From contig OX597826.1 in the NCBI GenBank assembly GCA_951406725.2, positions 81,096,001 through 81,160,000 on the forward strand: 64,000 nt of DNA, in the 5' to 3' direction. The notes under the pieces were generated by a model. That model saw nothing but the letters and a program-made list of their open reading frames with translations. It did no database searches and was not told where the DNA came from. Source of the stretch: Octopus vulgaris. Its lineage: Eukaryota. Below are positions 53,079 through 64,000 of the stretch, piece by piece. Position 1 is the first letter of the stretch. The number at the start of each line of letters is the position of its first letter. The position numbers and the translations under genes are program-made.

Positions 53079-53630
53079 CTGCAAAAGATTTGTGTGTGAG
53101 GAACTGATATTTAGTTTTTTCTTTGTAGCAAGTGCCATAGTGTAAATAGGTAATTAAGCTCTTTAGCTGCTAAGATAATGATGTGATTTCAATTCCCAGT
53201 CAAGACCATTTTATTCCACTTTCTGCTGCTGATGTTTTCCTGAGAAAGGTTTGAGCATCACAGTATCCTAATGACTCTGCCTCCTAAAAATATGGGGTCT
53301 TTTATGGATCCTCATCAGTAAAATCAATATCTTTTATCATTAATTTCAGTTCTGAGTTCACTTACTACTGAGGGCACTAACCCTGCCATTTCCTCCTGGG
53401 TCACTGAATTAAATATCTGTTACTATAGTTACTTCAGTCATCTTTATTCTGTTCTCCTCATAAAATTGTTTTCTATACGTCTACAGGAATAAATCAATGG
53501 CTTTCTTTTTATAAGGAATTCTTAAATATTTTTGAGCTCAAAGCCAAGATCAGATAAAGCCACAGAAATGGTAAGTTCTTATATATTTCTTAAGTTCTGA
53601 TATTTTGCAAAATAAGAGAAGAAAACTCAC

Positions 53631-53746
53631 CCATAAAGGTGTTGTTGTATAAAATGTCTTGAACTCTTTGAACCCGCAAGTACACTTTAGTTGGCCTGAC
53701 TTCCTTTGATTATACCCTGGGTAGATACATGGTTTTGTGTTTATGG
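53631..53746 (-). CDS. Putative internal exon of the same minus-strand gene
   Basis: Branch-like CTAAT, acceptor atttttattttcag|CC, strong donor TGG|gtgagt. Only one frame is open: (A)INTKPCIYPGYNQRKSGQLKCTCGFKEFKTFYTTTPLW, phase 1 to phase 0. Confidence 0.68.
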
Positions 53747-54455
53747 CTGAAAATAAAAATGTTTCTGCCAATTAGCAAACAAACCATGTTTCTGCCTGCT
53801 TTTGTATTTTCCAGGGGTGTAGAAATCAGGACTGTTAAACCAGCCTCACTGGTTCAAAAGGTTAATAAAATACCTGAATCTGAGATGAGCCAAGAAAGTC
53901 TGTCCATTGAGGACTCTTTGGTCATTCTAATCATTGCCTCAAAGTTTAACAAAGATTTTCGGAAATATTTGAGTGATAAGTTGAAATGAACCGGTTTAGT
54001 AAATAAGGTGTTGGACTGGCAGGGGTTTGGTACTGAGTTCAAACCAACTGCAGACACACTGTTGTGTGTGTTTGGGTAAGAAACTTTATTCTGTCTGTAT
54101 TGGTCCAATTATTGGGAATAGGTACCAGATCTTCTAGGATCGTTCGTTATGACGTAATAATGTGCTGCCCTGTCCTAGGAGAGGTTTGTCTTTCATATGT
54201 TTAATGTTACAGAATTAAGTATGGAACAATGTGGTTAAAGAAAGATTAACTGGAATTGTATTGTGTAGGAAAAAAAAAGAAAAAATAAGAAACTGTGATG
54301 TACGATCCAAGAGTGTTTAAATCCTAAATTTGGAGAGAAGCAAACCAGTATTCAAGAATGCATTTTTGTTTGTATTTGTGTGTATTCTGTTTTGTATGTG
54401 ATGTAAAGGAAAAAAATTCTCACCAGGAATTGAATATTTGGCTTTCAGAGTTTAC

Positions 54456-54539
54456 CATTATTGCACAAAAGCTCTCCATCATGAAACAAATTCAAAGAAA
54501 TGACTGTTAGCAAGTTGTGACATGCTTCCCATTCCCAGT
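54456..54539 (-). CDS. Putative internal exon of an unidentified minus-strand membrane-anchored protein
   Basis: Branch-like CTAAC, acceptor ttcttccaatttcataacag|AC, donor G|gtaaac; 84 nt, phase 1 to phase 1. Encodes WEWEACHNLLTVISLNLFHDGELLCNN and is phase-compatible with the next exon. Confidence 0.6.
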
Positions 54540-57407
54540 CTGTTATGAAATTGGAAGAATGTTAGATGCAGTATTAAATATGTTAATAAATGAGGATGAT
54601 AGAATTTTTTTTTTAAACCTGAATTTTATTAAAAATAAATCAAATAATTACAAGTCTTCTGTGTACAAAGTTTGACCCCCCCAGGTTCAATTTCTAGTTG
54701 AAATGCATTCACTTTCAGAATGCTTGTGATTGGTTGGGAGAACATCTCAAGTTTCTTTCAGTTTTTCTCTTCTCTTGTATGCTTTAGGTTTTAGGATTTC
54801 CTAAATGTTGAGCTACTTAAGAAATCTTTCTATCTACAAGGTTTATGATGTGGCAGAGGTGGTGGGGTGCATCAGTGGACATTTGAATGACCTTATTTAA
54901 AGTTAGTTTTACAACTCTACATCTGTTTCAAATATGCCAGGTTTCAAACTAACTTTTCATGACACCCCCCCCAAAAAAAAATAGGTACCAGACATATTCT
55001 GGAATCCCTTTCACTCCCTATACCCCTTTCCAGCCCTCCTATAAATAAACTTTTGTTCATGCAAGAAACGATTATGATTAAATTTTTTGAAATGAAAATT
55101 CAGAATGAAATCATTTAAATGCCATTCTTCATAAATTTTATTTTTTAAATTCCCCCTCCCCTCACATGGATACCTAAAAGTGTAAGATGAAAACAAACAA
55201 ACAAATTGAAATAAGCAAATAAAATTAGAGAAAGGCATCAAAATATATTGTTTCAGCCTAATTAATGTCTTAAGTAAATCCTAACTTTGGAGAAAAGCAA
55301 ACCAGTATTTAAGTATGTATTTTAGTTTATGTGTATTGTTTTCCTTGACTGGGTAAATTGGAATTATAACAATCTTAAGAACTAATCCCTTTATTATTAA
55401 TGTTTATTTTAAGGTGGTGAGCTGGCAGAATCATTAGCATCCCAGGCAAAATGCTTGGCAGCATTTCGTTTATCCTTATGTTCTGAGTTCAAATTTCACT
55501 GAGGTCGACTTTGCCTTTCATCCTTTCAGGGTCGATAAAATAAGTACCAGTTGCATACTGGGGTTAATGCAATCACCTTTGACTTACCCCTTCCTCTGAA
55601 ATCGCTGGCTTTGTGCCATTTGAAGCCATTATTGAAGGTTATTTAGAGGTTATTGTTACAACTGATTTTGTGAAAAAAAAGCAGATGCCTTTAGATGATG
55701 TCCAGAAAATCTGCCATAAGCATTTTTGCTGTGGGAAAATTTGCCAATGATGCACACGAGCAGACTATAAACTAGATAACTCATTTGAAAGCAATTACCT
55801 TTCTCTAATTGACAGGTTAGTTGATGAAGTTGACATTTTAAGAAAGCAGGTATTTTTTTTTTCTTACAGCAAATTATCCTAAAGCAAGAATGTTTACTGC
55901 AAAATTTCTTCTGACCCCTTTGTGTGGGCAGCTGTAAAACTTTCTGATTCTGTTTTTTGGTGAAGAAGCAAAAAACCAAAAAATTTGTTTTTACACAATC
56001 TACACAGAATGTTCTAAAGGATTTTCAATTTGTGAAAAGGGGAACACAAATTCTGTCTCTTTTGCTGACTTAGATTTTCTCCACAAAGAGAATGCAGTGA
56101 CTTGTAGCACATAAAACAAACAGTTTGGTAGAATTTAATGGAATTAAAATAATCTCTCATTATGTCTAATCAGAGTAGAAGAAACTAAACTATTCCACAA
56201 TATTAGACTATGGTGCACCAGTATGGCCATAACCATGTTGTAGAATTTGACTAAAAGAACTTGGAAAATTGGTCTGTTGATTTTTTTTCAGAATCTTATT
56301 CCACTTTATATGGCTACAGATCAAACTAGAACCAACTAACCATTCCACAAACTTGGTAACAAACAGGGTGGCCATAGCCATGTGGTAGGCACTGACTAAA
56401 GTGTCAGAGAACTTCATCTCTCACTGATTTTCAAAATTCATTGTAGTTTGATAAGCTTAGGAAGGAGCTTTACCATTATATTTGCATAACCTTTAACTCA
56501 CAGCAATCTCTTGACAATCATCTTGGTTTTTTGGGGGATTGATAGGATTAGTAGACCACAAGAGAAAATACCTTGGAGTATTTGCTTACCAACTTTTACA
56601 TTCTGCTTAGCTTTGCTTTTTTCTTCCTTCTGGGGTCGATTTAGTGGTAGGGGTGGGGGTGATATAGTGACTAAACCCTTTGGGGGTGGTGCCTCAGCAT
56701 GTTTGTAGTAGTCCAGTAACAGAACTAAAAATGAAAAAAAAAAAAATCAAAAAAAGAATACATGCATGATCTATGAATAATTTCCTGAATTTTTCCAGAA
56801 AGTGAGGAATCAAAAATCCAAAGAATATCAAGTAACTGGGTTCTGTTGAATGTTTGTGTGACGTGCAGTCTTTTACAAACTTTATATTTCTATAAGTCTA
56901 GCTTCAAAGAAACTAAATTAGAAAATTTATTTTACAATATTTTCCAAATGAAAATGTAGTTTATATCTTTCTTTTTTGATATCTTCATGAATGTCTGGGA
57001 TTTAAAGAATGGTAATATCTATAATCTCAAACATTTCTCCCAGTAACTGATGTTAACTTCTATGAGACAAATTCTATTGATGTTGTCTCTTTATCAAAGA
57101 AAATGGAACCATTTTTACGAGGTACAAAAAGAACGAGTGTTATTATTTAAAATTCTGTTCAAAAAAATTTTTTATGAAAAAAACAAACTTCTGAATCTCA
57201 AAACATGAAGAAAAATATGGATGTATTCTTAAAGAGATTGTCCTTTTTGTCTTTATTGCACAAAAACTGTTAGGCTGATGGATCGTTGTGATCCCTTTGT
57301 AAGGGTCAATCTATGAATTCTGTAAAGGAGAATCTCTTTGAATGTATTCCTTCTGATGACATCTCTAATACTAATCTTAAGATATGTCATACCTTGTGAT
57401 GATCTTT

Positions 57408-57670
57408 CTTTTCCGTTTCTTTCTTAATAGTACAGTCTCTAATGAAATGTTAAAAAGTTTCATTGCACTTCTACAACCTGGTATTTGTGTCAGAGACGAA
57501 ATGGTTTGACACTTCATAATAGACAGTACTATTAAGAAATAAATGAAAAGCAAATATAACAGTTTTATTTTTTTGTGTGTTCTTAAATGGCCAAAATGAC
57601 TCCTCCATGATATAAAGATTTCAGTTTCAACCCATGGTCTCAGATCAAGTCACTTGCCAAATAAGTACAA
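57408..57670. mobile_element. Old, decayed foldback element, distantly similar to family B
   Basis: ttcttaatagtacagtctctaatgaaatgt is inverted against acacttcataatagacagtactattaagaa. The tail ttcttaaatggc...ctcagatcaagtcacttgc resembles 35396-35475. Confidence 0.5.
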
Positions 57671-59439
57671 CTTTAAAAAATCATAATTTGTGATCTTCAC
57701 AAACTTTATTGCATTTGCTTTCGCTATTTTCTGCATCTTCATGTTAAGATAATGATGAAAGAACATATATATATTCTTTGGTTAAGAATGATATTTTTTA
57801 TTTTATATTCCTTTCATTAAAGCATCGTTAAATTAGAACTTTTATTTGTCCAAAATCTATGATTGCTTTTCTAGTGAGTTTTGTTGTTCAAAAAGCAGAT
57901 ATTTGTCTGCAACATTTATCTTTATTTATTTTTCCTCGTAGATTGCATCAATCTGCATATTTTCTTGCATTTCCCATTATTTAATTATTTCTAATGTTTC
58001 TCAAACAATCTTCTCAAAGGAGACCAAATTACATTTAAATTATGTTAAACTGTGCTCTCTCCCACCCCCCCTACCCCACAGTAATTGAAAGTTTTTTAAT
58101 GGGACTGACCCCTTCAATTATTGTTTATCAGCTCATTATCCCATACTTATGTTATCAGTCATTTTGGTGTCGGCAACTGCGGGGTTCCAGTAGAAGAATA
58201 ACTTTTGTTTATTTACAATTTTTTTCTTTTTTTTTAAAGTTTTCCCTACCGATGATCTCAAATGGAAAGAAATTATTATTATTGCCAATTAAATTATAAT
58301 CAGTAGAAATTAATTGGGTGTAAATAAATTATTTCTCAATTCTTAAATTTTTTTCTGACAGTTGAACTTTATCTCTTCTTAGACTGAACAATGTTATTCC
58401 AACTTATAAAGCACAGTATTTTGGTTTCTCCCAGTCTTGGCATTACCTTGATTCTGTGTCAATTTACTGTCATCCCATACTGTTCAATTCCAACAGATAT
58501 GTTCCATTATTTTCTTTGCAAGTACTAAAAGTACATAAGCCAAAGATTATTATATATAAATATATGTAAATATATATACTATATACATATATATTTTTTC
58601 TTCCTCCTTATAATATTTCCTTATACTGTTGAAATTTACCATTCTTGTTAACAAATATTTTTTAAACTTCCACAAATAGTTCTTTATACACTGATTGGAG
58701 AAGATATTTTTTTCTTTATGTTTTTGTTTTTTTGTTCTTGTAAAGTTAATCCAATTATTTCATGGGTTTCACAAAAAATTTAACAATTCTTGAAATTGTT
58801 TCATTAGAATCTCACTGAGTCATAGAATTTTTCTTAATTCATGTTTTGCCCTATTTTTCTTCTTTTAAGAATCATTGTTAATTCTGTGGAATTATATTTT
58901 CTATTAATTCTGAAATTCCTGTTCTCTTAGTTTATTTATTTGTGACTGGAAGCTGTCGTCTTTCAAATTTGCTATTCTTTTAATAAAGTTTTAATTTAGT
59001 GCAAATTTCATTTGTGTTTTCATTTTGTCATCATTGTCATCGTCATCATTTAACGCCTGTTTTCCAAGCTGGCATGGGTTGGACGGCTTGACAGGAAGTA
59101 ACAAGGTTAGGGGTCACACCAGGGTCCATAGTCTGTTTTGGTTTGATTTCTATGGCTGGATTCTCTTCCTAATGCCAACCACTTTACAGAGTGGCACTGG
59201 GTGCCCTCTATGTGGCACCATCACTAGTGCTTTTTGCATGGCCCCAACACCCACACTAACACTTTTTATGTGGCACCTTGGTTTTAGGATCTTAATTCTG
59301 TTATGGTGGATGGGTCTTCTTGAGTACAGCATCCCCTTCATAAGGCTCGGCGTTTTGAGATCAGCCTTCAATACTGTGTCCCCTGTTTTCCTTAATCTCC
59401 CTCTTCCACAACTTACCTCCTCTCTAAGGGATCATCATG

Positions 59440-59640
59440 CAACTGCCATCGGCCATCCACATCGCATGACCAAACCAGTGCAGCCTCTTCCTCTCTTGCC
59501 CCCTAATCATAATTCCTCTTCTCTCTCATTACACCTCTGCTCTCTCACACATGCACACTAGCATTGCACATCCTGCAGAGCTTATCAGCTTCTTTCTTCG
59601 CATGTTCTTCGCATTCAGAGCCCACGTCTCACCACCATTC
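59440..59640 (-). mobile_element. Degenerate RTE ORF fragment
   Basis: GGETWALNAKNMRR and LHWFGHAM-like remnants upstream of an RTE tail at 59025-59280. Confidence 0.6.
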
Positions 59641-60459
59641 ATTATTTGTTTACAAAAATATTCATTCAATGGAAAACTTATCATCTGTAACATAATACAG
59701 ACATGGAAACACACACACACACAATGGGCTTCTCTCAGTTTCCATTTACCAAATCTACTCATATGACTTTGGTCAACCTAGGGTTATAGCAGATAACACT
59801 TCCCCAAGGTGTCATACAATGGGACTGAACCTGAATCCATATGGTTAGCAATTGGACTTCTTAAACACATGGCCATGCCTGTGTGAATATCAGTGTCAGC
59901 TCCACACACAGGCAGGGTTGTGTGGTTAAGGGGTTTACTTTCTAACCACATGGTCTCAGGTTCAATCCCTCTGTATGGCACTCTTGGCAAATTTCTTCCA
60001 CAATTGCCCTAGGTTCCCCAAAACTGAGAGAGAATTGTGGTAGACAAACTGAAAGAGACTCTTCGTGTGGGGGTGTGCTTGTACGTGTTTGTGTATGTAT
60101 TTGCATTTGCCCTTCACAGGGGTCTTGAGCATCCACTGGTGTTGCTGTTGTCACTTCTGCTGTCAACAAATCATCCACATGGCTTTACATTTTCAAAGAT
60201 GTGTTAAATAAAAGATTCCTTATTTGAAAAACAGTTAAAGACTAGCAGGAGGAAGACCATCTAACTGTAACACGATACCTGAATAATATATCCATCTAAC
60301 TCATGCTTACATGAAAAGGAGACATAAAAGGAACAAACAAATAGTGGATTTCAACTTGGTTTTGAATAAACATATTTTACCTCCAATTACAGATTTTGTG
60401 AATCACAGGTTGTCATGAATACATAAATCAATATGATGAGACCAAAACCCCACCTTCTC

Positions 60460-60671
60460 TGAGGGGGTGCTGAAAAGTTCCTAGCTTTAAGGGTCTCATG
60501 AAAGGCCTGGTTGGAGGTCCAACCTTCTGAGTCCTTTTACAGGGATTAGAAAATCAAGGACTGCTACAAGTGTGTGAATCTGAGAGGAAAATATGTTGAA
60601 TAAAATCCTAATTACCTGATCCTCCTGTATTTTCTTTTACTTAAAACCAGGATCTTTTCAGCGCCTCCTTG
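60460..60671 (+). mobile_element. Mariner-derived MITE / internal deletion derivative
   Basis: TIRs GAGGGGGTGCTGAAAAGTTCCT / AGGATCTTTTCAGCGCCTCCTTG followed by TA. Retains the mariner C-terminal KCVNLRGKYVE-stop. Confidence 0.75.
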
Positions 60672-61554
60672 TAGACAGTGATGGCATTTAAATGGGGGAG
60701 GATGTGGGTGACTGGAGAACTGCAGTTGCTTCTGTTTATACTTTTTGTGTCCTCACAAAATATAGAAAATATGGAAACGGTAGTCTTTTACATATCTCAA
60801 TAAAAGCAATGAAAGGGTTACCATCTGTTTGTGGTTCCAAAAGTCTCAAAACTTGGCTTGTGCTTAAAAAAGTAAGGTAGGAGTACAAAAAGTACCTGCA
60901 CATCAAATTTGAAATCTAGCAACAAATGCTTCTTTGACATGAGAAGGTTAGGGTTCAACTGGAGGTTCAGGCACCCACGAGTATGGTTATATATCTATTG
61001 ATTCAATGGTGTTTAATTTTGCTTATTTTTCTCCTATCTTCCACTGTTACCCCCTCAACTAACACCTTTCTCAACTCCCTCTTCCTTTCCCCTCCCACCA
61101 TTCAGTGTCGTCTTCCCTGTTACAGTAACAATAGACGATTATAGTCCTTTGTGCCCACCAGCCGGGACCATGGAAGTTCCACAGGCTTCCCTAGTATACT
61201 TAATGAGTGGTTTTTCATTCCTTTGTACATTTACCTGTGCGTTTGTAGGTGTGTCTGTTCATATGTATGTGTGTTCATACATATATATATATGTAGGTAT
61301 GCATATATATATATATATCATCATCATCATCGTTTAACGTCCGTTTTCCATGCTAGTATGGGTTGGACGGTTCAAGGTAGCCATTTGTAAATAATGAATT
61401 TCTTTTTGTTTTCATTTTAAATCAACATATTATTAACTTTGAATTATGGTATTTATTACGTTTTAGTGGATAATAAATTGGTTTTTAATCTTTTTAATCT
61501 TTTTCATAGCTAACTCTATTATTCTTAGGAGTTAGTAGATTTTTGTTTCATTAA

Positions 61555-63066
61555 CCACAAACCCCTTCATGTAGATGGCTCTGCTCGATCTGTAGAAAAG
61601 GCGTAGGTGGAAACTCTATAAGGTGTACCCAGTGTAAGCTATGGACACATAAGAGGTGCAGCAATATCAAAGGAAGGCTAACTGGGAAGATAGTTTTTGT
61701 ATGTTGCAGATGCTCAGGAGCGATAAACACTGAAAATGCTCTGAGACCAACTTCTGCCACATTCCAGGGAGAAAAACTAGACTTGGTTGATAGCTTCCAT
61801 TATCTAGGTGACCAAGTCAGTAGCAAAGGAGGGTGCGCTGAAAGTGTAGCTGCTAGAATAAGAATAGCTTGGGCAAAGTTCAGAGAGCTCCTACCTCTGC
61901 TGGTGACAAAGGGCCTCTCACTCAGAGTAAAAGGTAGACTGTATGATGCATGTGTACGAACAGCCATGCTACACGGCAGTAAAACATGGGCTGTGGCTGC
62001 TGTGGATATGTGTAAGCTGGCAAGGAATGAAGCCAGTATGCTCCAATGGATGTGTAATGTCAGTGTACATACTCAACAGAGTGTAAGTACCTTGAGAGAA
62101 GAGTTAGACCTAAGAAGCATCAGATGTGGTGTGCAAGAGAGGCGACTGCGCTGGTATGGTCATGTGATGCGAAGGGATGAGGATAGCTGTGTGAAAAAGT
62201 GCCACACTCTAGCGGTTGATGGAACCTGTGGAAGTGGTAGACCCAGGAAGACTAGGGATGAGGTGGTGAAGCACGGCCTTTGAACATTAGGCCTCACCAA
62301 GGCAATGACTAGTGATTGAGACCTTTGGAAATATGCTGTGCGTGAGAAGACCCGGCAAGACAAGTGAGACCATAACCTTGTGGCCTATGCCAGTGGTGTA
62401 ACCAGCCCACTTGTACGTACCTTTCCTTTGGACACAAAACTCTGCTTGCAAAGACCTGTTGAGGTAAGTGAAATCGAAATCAAAATTGAGTTCGAAATTG
62501 AACCTAATTTGGCTGGCACCCATGCCAACCTTCCTTCATTGGACACTAAACTCTGCTTGCGAAGACCTGTTGAGACAAACGAAATCGAATTTGAACCAAA
62601 TTCGATGACTGGCACCTGTGCCAATGGAGCGCTAATAGCTCCATCCAAGTGGGATCACTGCCAGAGCAGCTGTCTACCTTCCATGCAGATGGCACGTAAA
62701 AAGCACCATTTTAGCATGTTTGTTACCGGTGTCACCTTACTGGCACAGTGCTGGTGGCACATGAACAAAACATTCGAGCAAGGTCATTGCCAGTGCTGCT
62801 GGACTGACTCCTGTGAAGGTAACATGTATAAAACACTATTTGAGTATAGCCATTGCCAGTACCGCCTGACTGGCCCTCATGCCGGTGGCATGTAAAAGCA
62901 CCCACTACACTCTTGGAGTGGTTGGTATTAGGAAGGGCATCCAGCTGTAGAAACTCTGCCAGATCAGATTGGAGCCTGGTGCAGCCGTCTGGTTCGCCAG
63001 TCCTCAGTCAAATTGTCCAACCCATGCTAGCATGAAAAGCGGACGTTAAATGATGATGATGATGAT
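61555..63066 (+). mobile_element. 5'-truncated RTE-clade LINE: ORF C-terminus with PHD finger, 3'UTR and (GAT)n tail
   Basis: Open frame 61555-62283 gives a C4HC3 finger, then VDSFHYLG...RIRIAWAKFREL...KGRLYDACVRTAMLHGSKTW...RRLRWYGHVMR...GRPRKT (RTE motifs). The 3'UTR has repeated GGTGGCAC(G/A)TAAAAGCACC units and ends GGACGTTAAATGATGATGAT. Confidence 0.9.
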
Positions 63067-64000
63067 ATATATCTTTCTTGTTTTGAATGGTCTGATGTTC
63101 CTTATATCATAACTTAATTGTTTGTTCCTGTCTGGGCTATTAAAGGTCTTTATTTAGTGAATCTTGCAAGCATGAAGTGGATTCGATCCACTATAGCCAA
63201 ATTTAAATTAGCAGTTCAACAGAACTTTTCTCATGGTGGAAAAATGATTTTTTTCAATGACAGCAGTTTTACATATGCCAGATGCCTTTAGCTAGGCCAA
63301 AATAATGTCTTCACCACTTGACCCTTATAACCTCTTCTACTTCACCAAAAGCTAGAATAGAGATATCACAGTACCACCAATGAAGCCCATTGTTCTCAAA
63401 GATATGCCTATCCTTCTGGATAGTTATAAAAGCAAGAACTCCAAGCAAAAATCTTTGGTCACTTGGTAATAACTGAGTGAGTTGGCTCGTGACAACTCAA
63501 TCAGTAAGGAAACAGATTGCTAGAATCATGATCACAAGCAAAGCAACTACTAAAGACAATGGTCAGAGAGAGAAATGAAATTTACTGTCAGCAACTTTGA
63601 GACCCAACTTCCCACGACCCTACAACTTTCACTTGTTCTAATTCTCTTCTCTTACAACATCATTCTATTGCTGTCTGTGGATTACCGCTAACAATTTGTG
63701 TACGTCAAACTATGCAAGGAAAATCTACATCTATCTTTACTTTACATGCTTTTGGATTTCATCACCTGCCCGTCGAGGCGAGGTATATACAAATGTAACA
63801 GTAAAAATAAATATTTCCTTAAAACTGCATGCATTGTTCATCTCTCGCATCTTACACCATACTTTTACAACTTAATTTCAACCAATACAAAAAATAATCT
63901 TAACCGTTACATATATATATATTGTTGGTCGAACCTATTCGTTCTAATAATGAATTCCTGAAGAAAAGCCTAATTTTGATTTCAAAAGGATTATTTTTTT

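Noticed and set aside
53729-53989. Plus-strand ORF with a ttttccag acceptor-like site (GVEIRTVKPASLV...)
   Set aside because: No partner exons and no recognisable motif; it lies antisense within an intron of the better-supported minus-strand gene.
56341-56890. Two further candidate minus-strand exons (CLPHGYGHPVCYQVCGM; KYKVCKRLHVTQTFNRTQLLDILW...)
   Set aside because: Weak or ambiguous splice sites and uncertain phase; cannot be supported without RNA data.
58447-58524. Minus-strand segment with good AG and GTAATG splice signals
   Set aside because: Stop codons occur in all three frames.

Overview
AT-rich, microsatellite-laden eukaryotic DNA. The repeat landscape suggests a coleoid cephalopod, probably Octopus (inference from the SINE and RTE families). 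Nearly all ORF-track entries are translations of microsatellites or repeats. On the + strand, four GT-AG exons (7829-8093, 14716-14819, 29680-29788, 34591-34763) splice in frame into the C-terminal 216 aa of PGAP2 (Frag1/DRAM/Sfk1 family). The N-terminal exon was not found and probably lies upstream of the window. On the - strand, three phase-compatible exons (54456-54539, 53631-53746, 52995-53078) encode the Cys-containing, C-terminally membrane-anchored end of an unidentified convergent gene. Mobile DNA includes a decayed hAT transposase, a DD37D maT transposase, an RTE LINE whose ORF contains an in-frame PHD finger, a CR1 tail, hAT, piggyBac-like and mariner MITEs, and many tRNA-derived SINEs. 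The most striking signal is at least four sequence-unrelated families of short foldback (inverted-repeat) elements, each carrying a minimal type I hammerhead ribozyme with a palindromic stem III, as in Penelope-like pseudo-LTRs. One family fuses a tRNA-like Pol III head to the hammerhead. Another has a G3:C8-swapped catalytic core inside a 115-bp hairpin about 0.4 kb past the PGAP2 stop.
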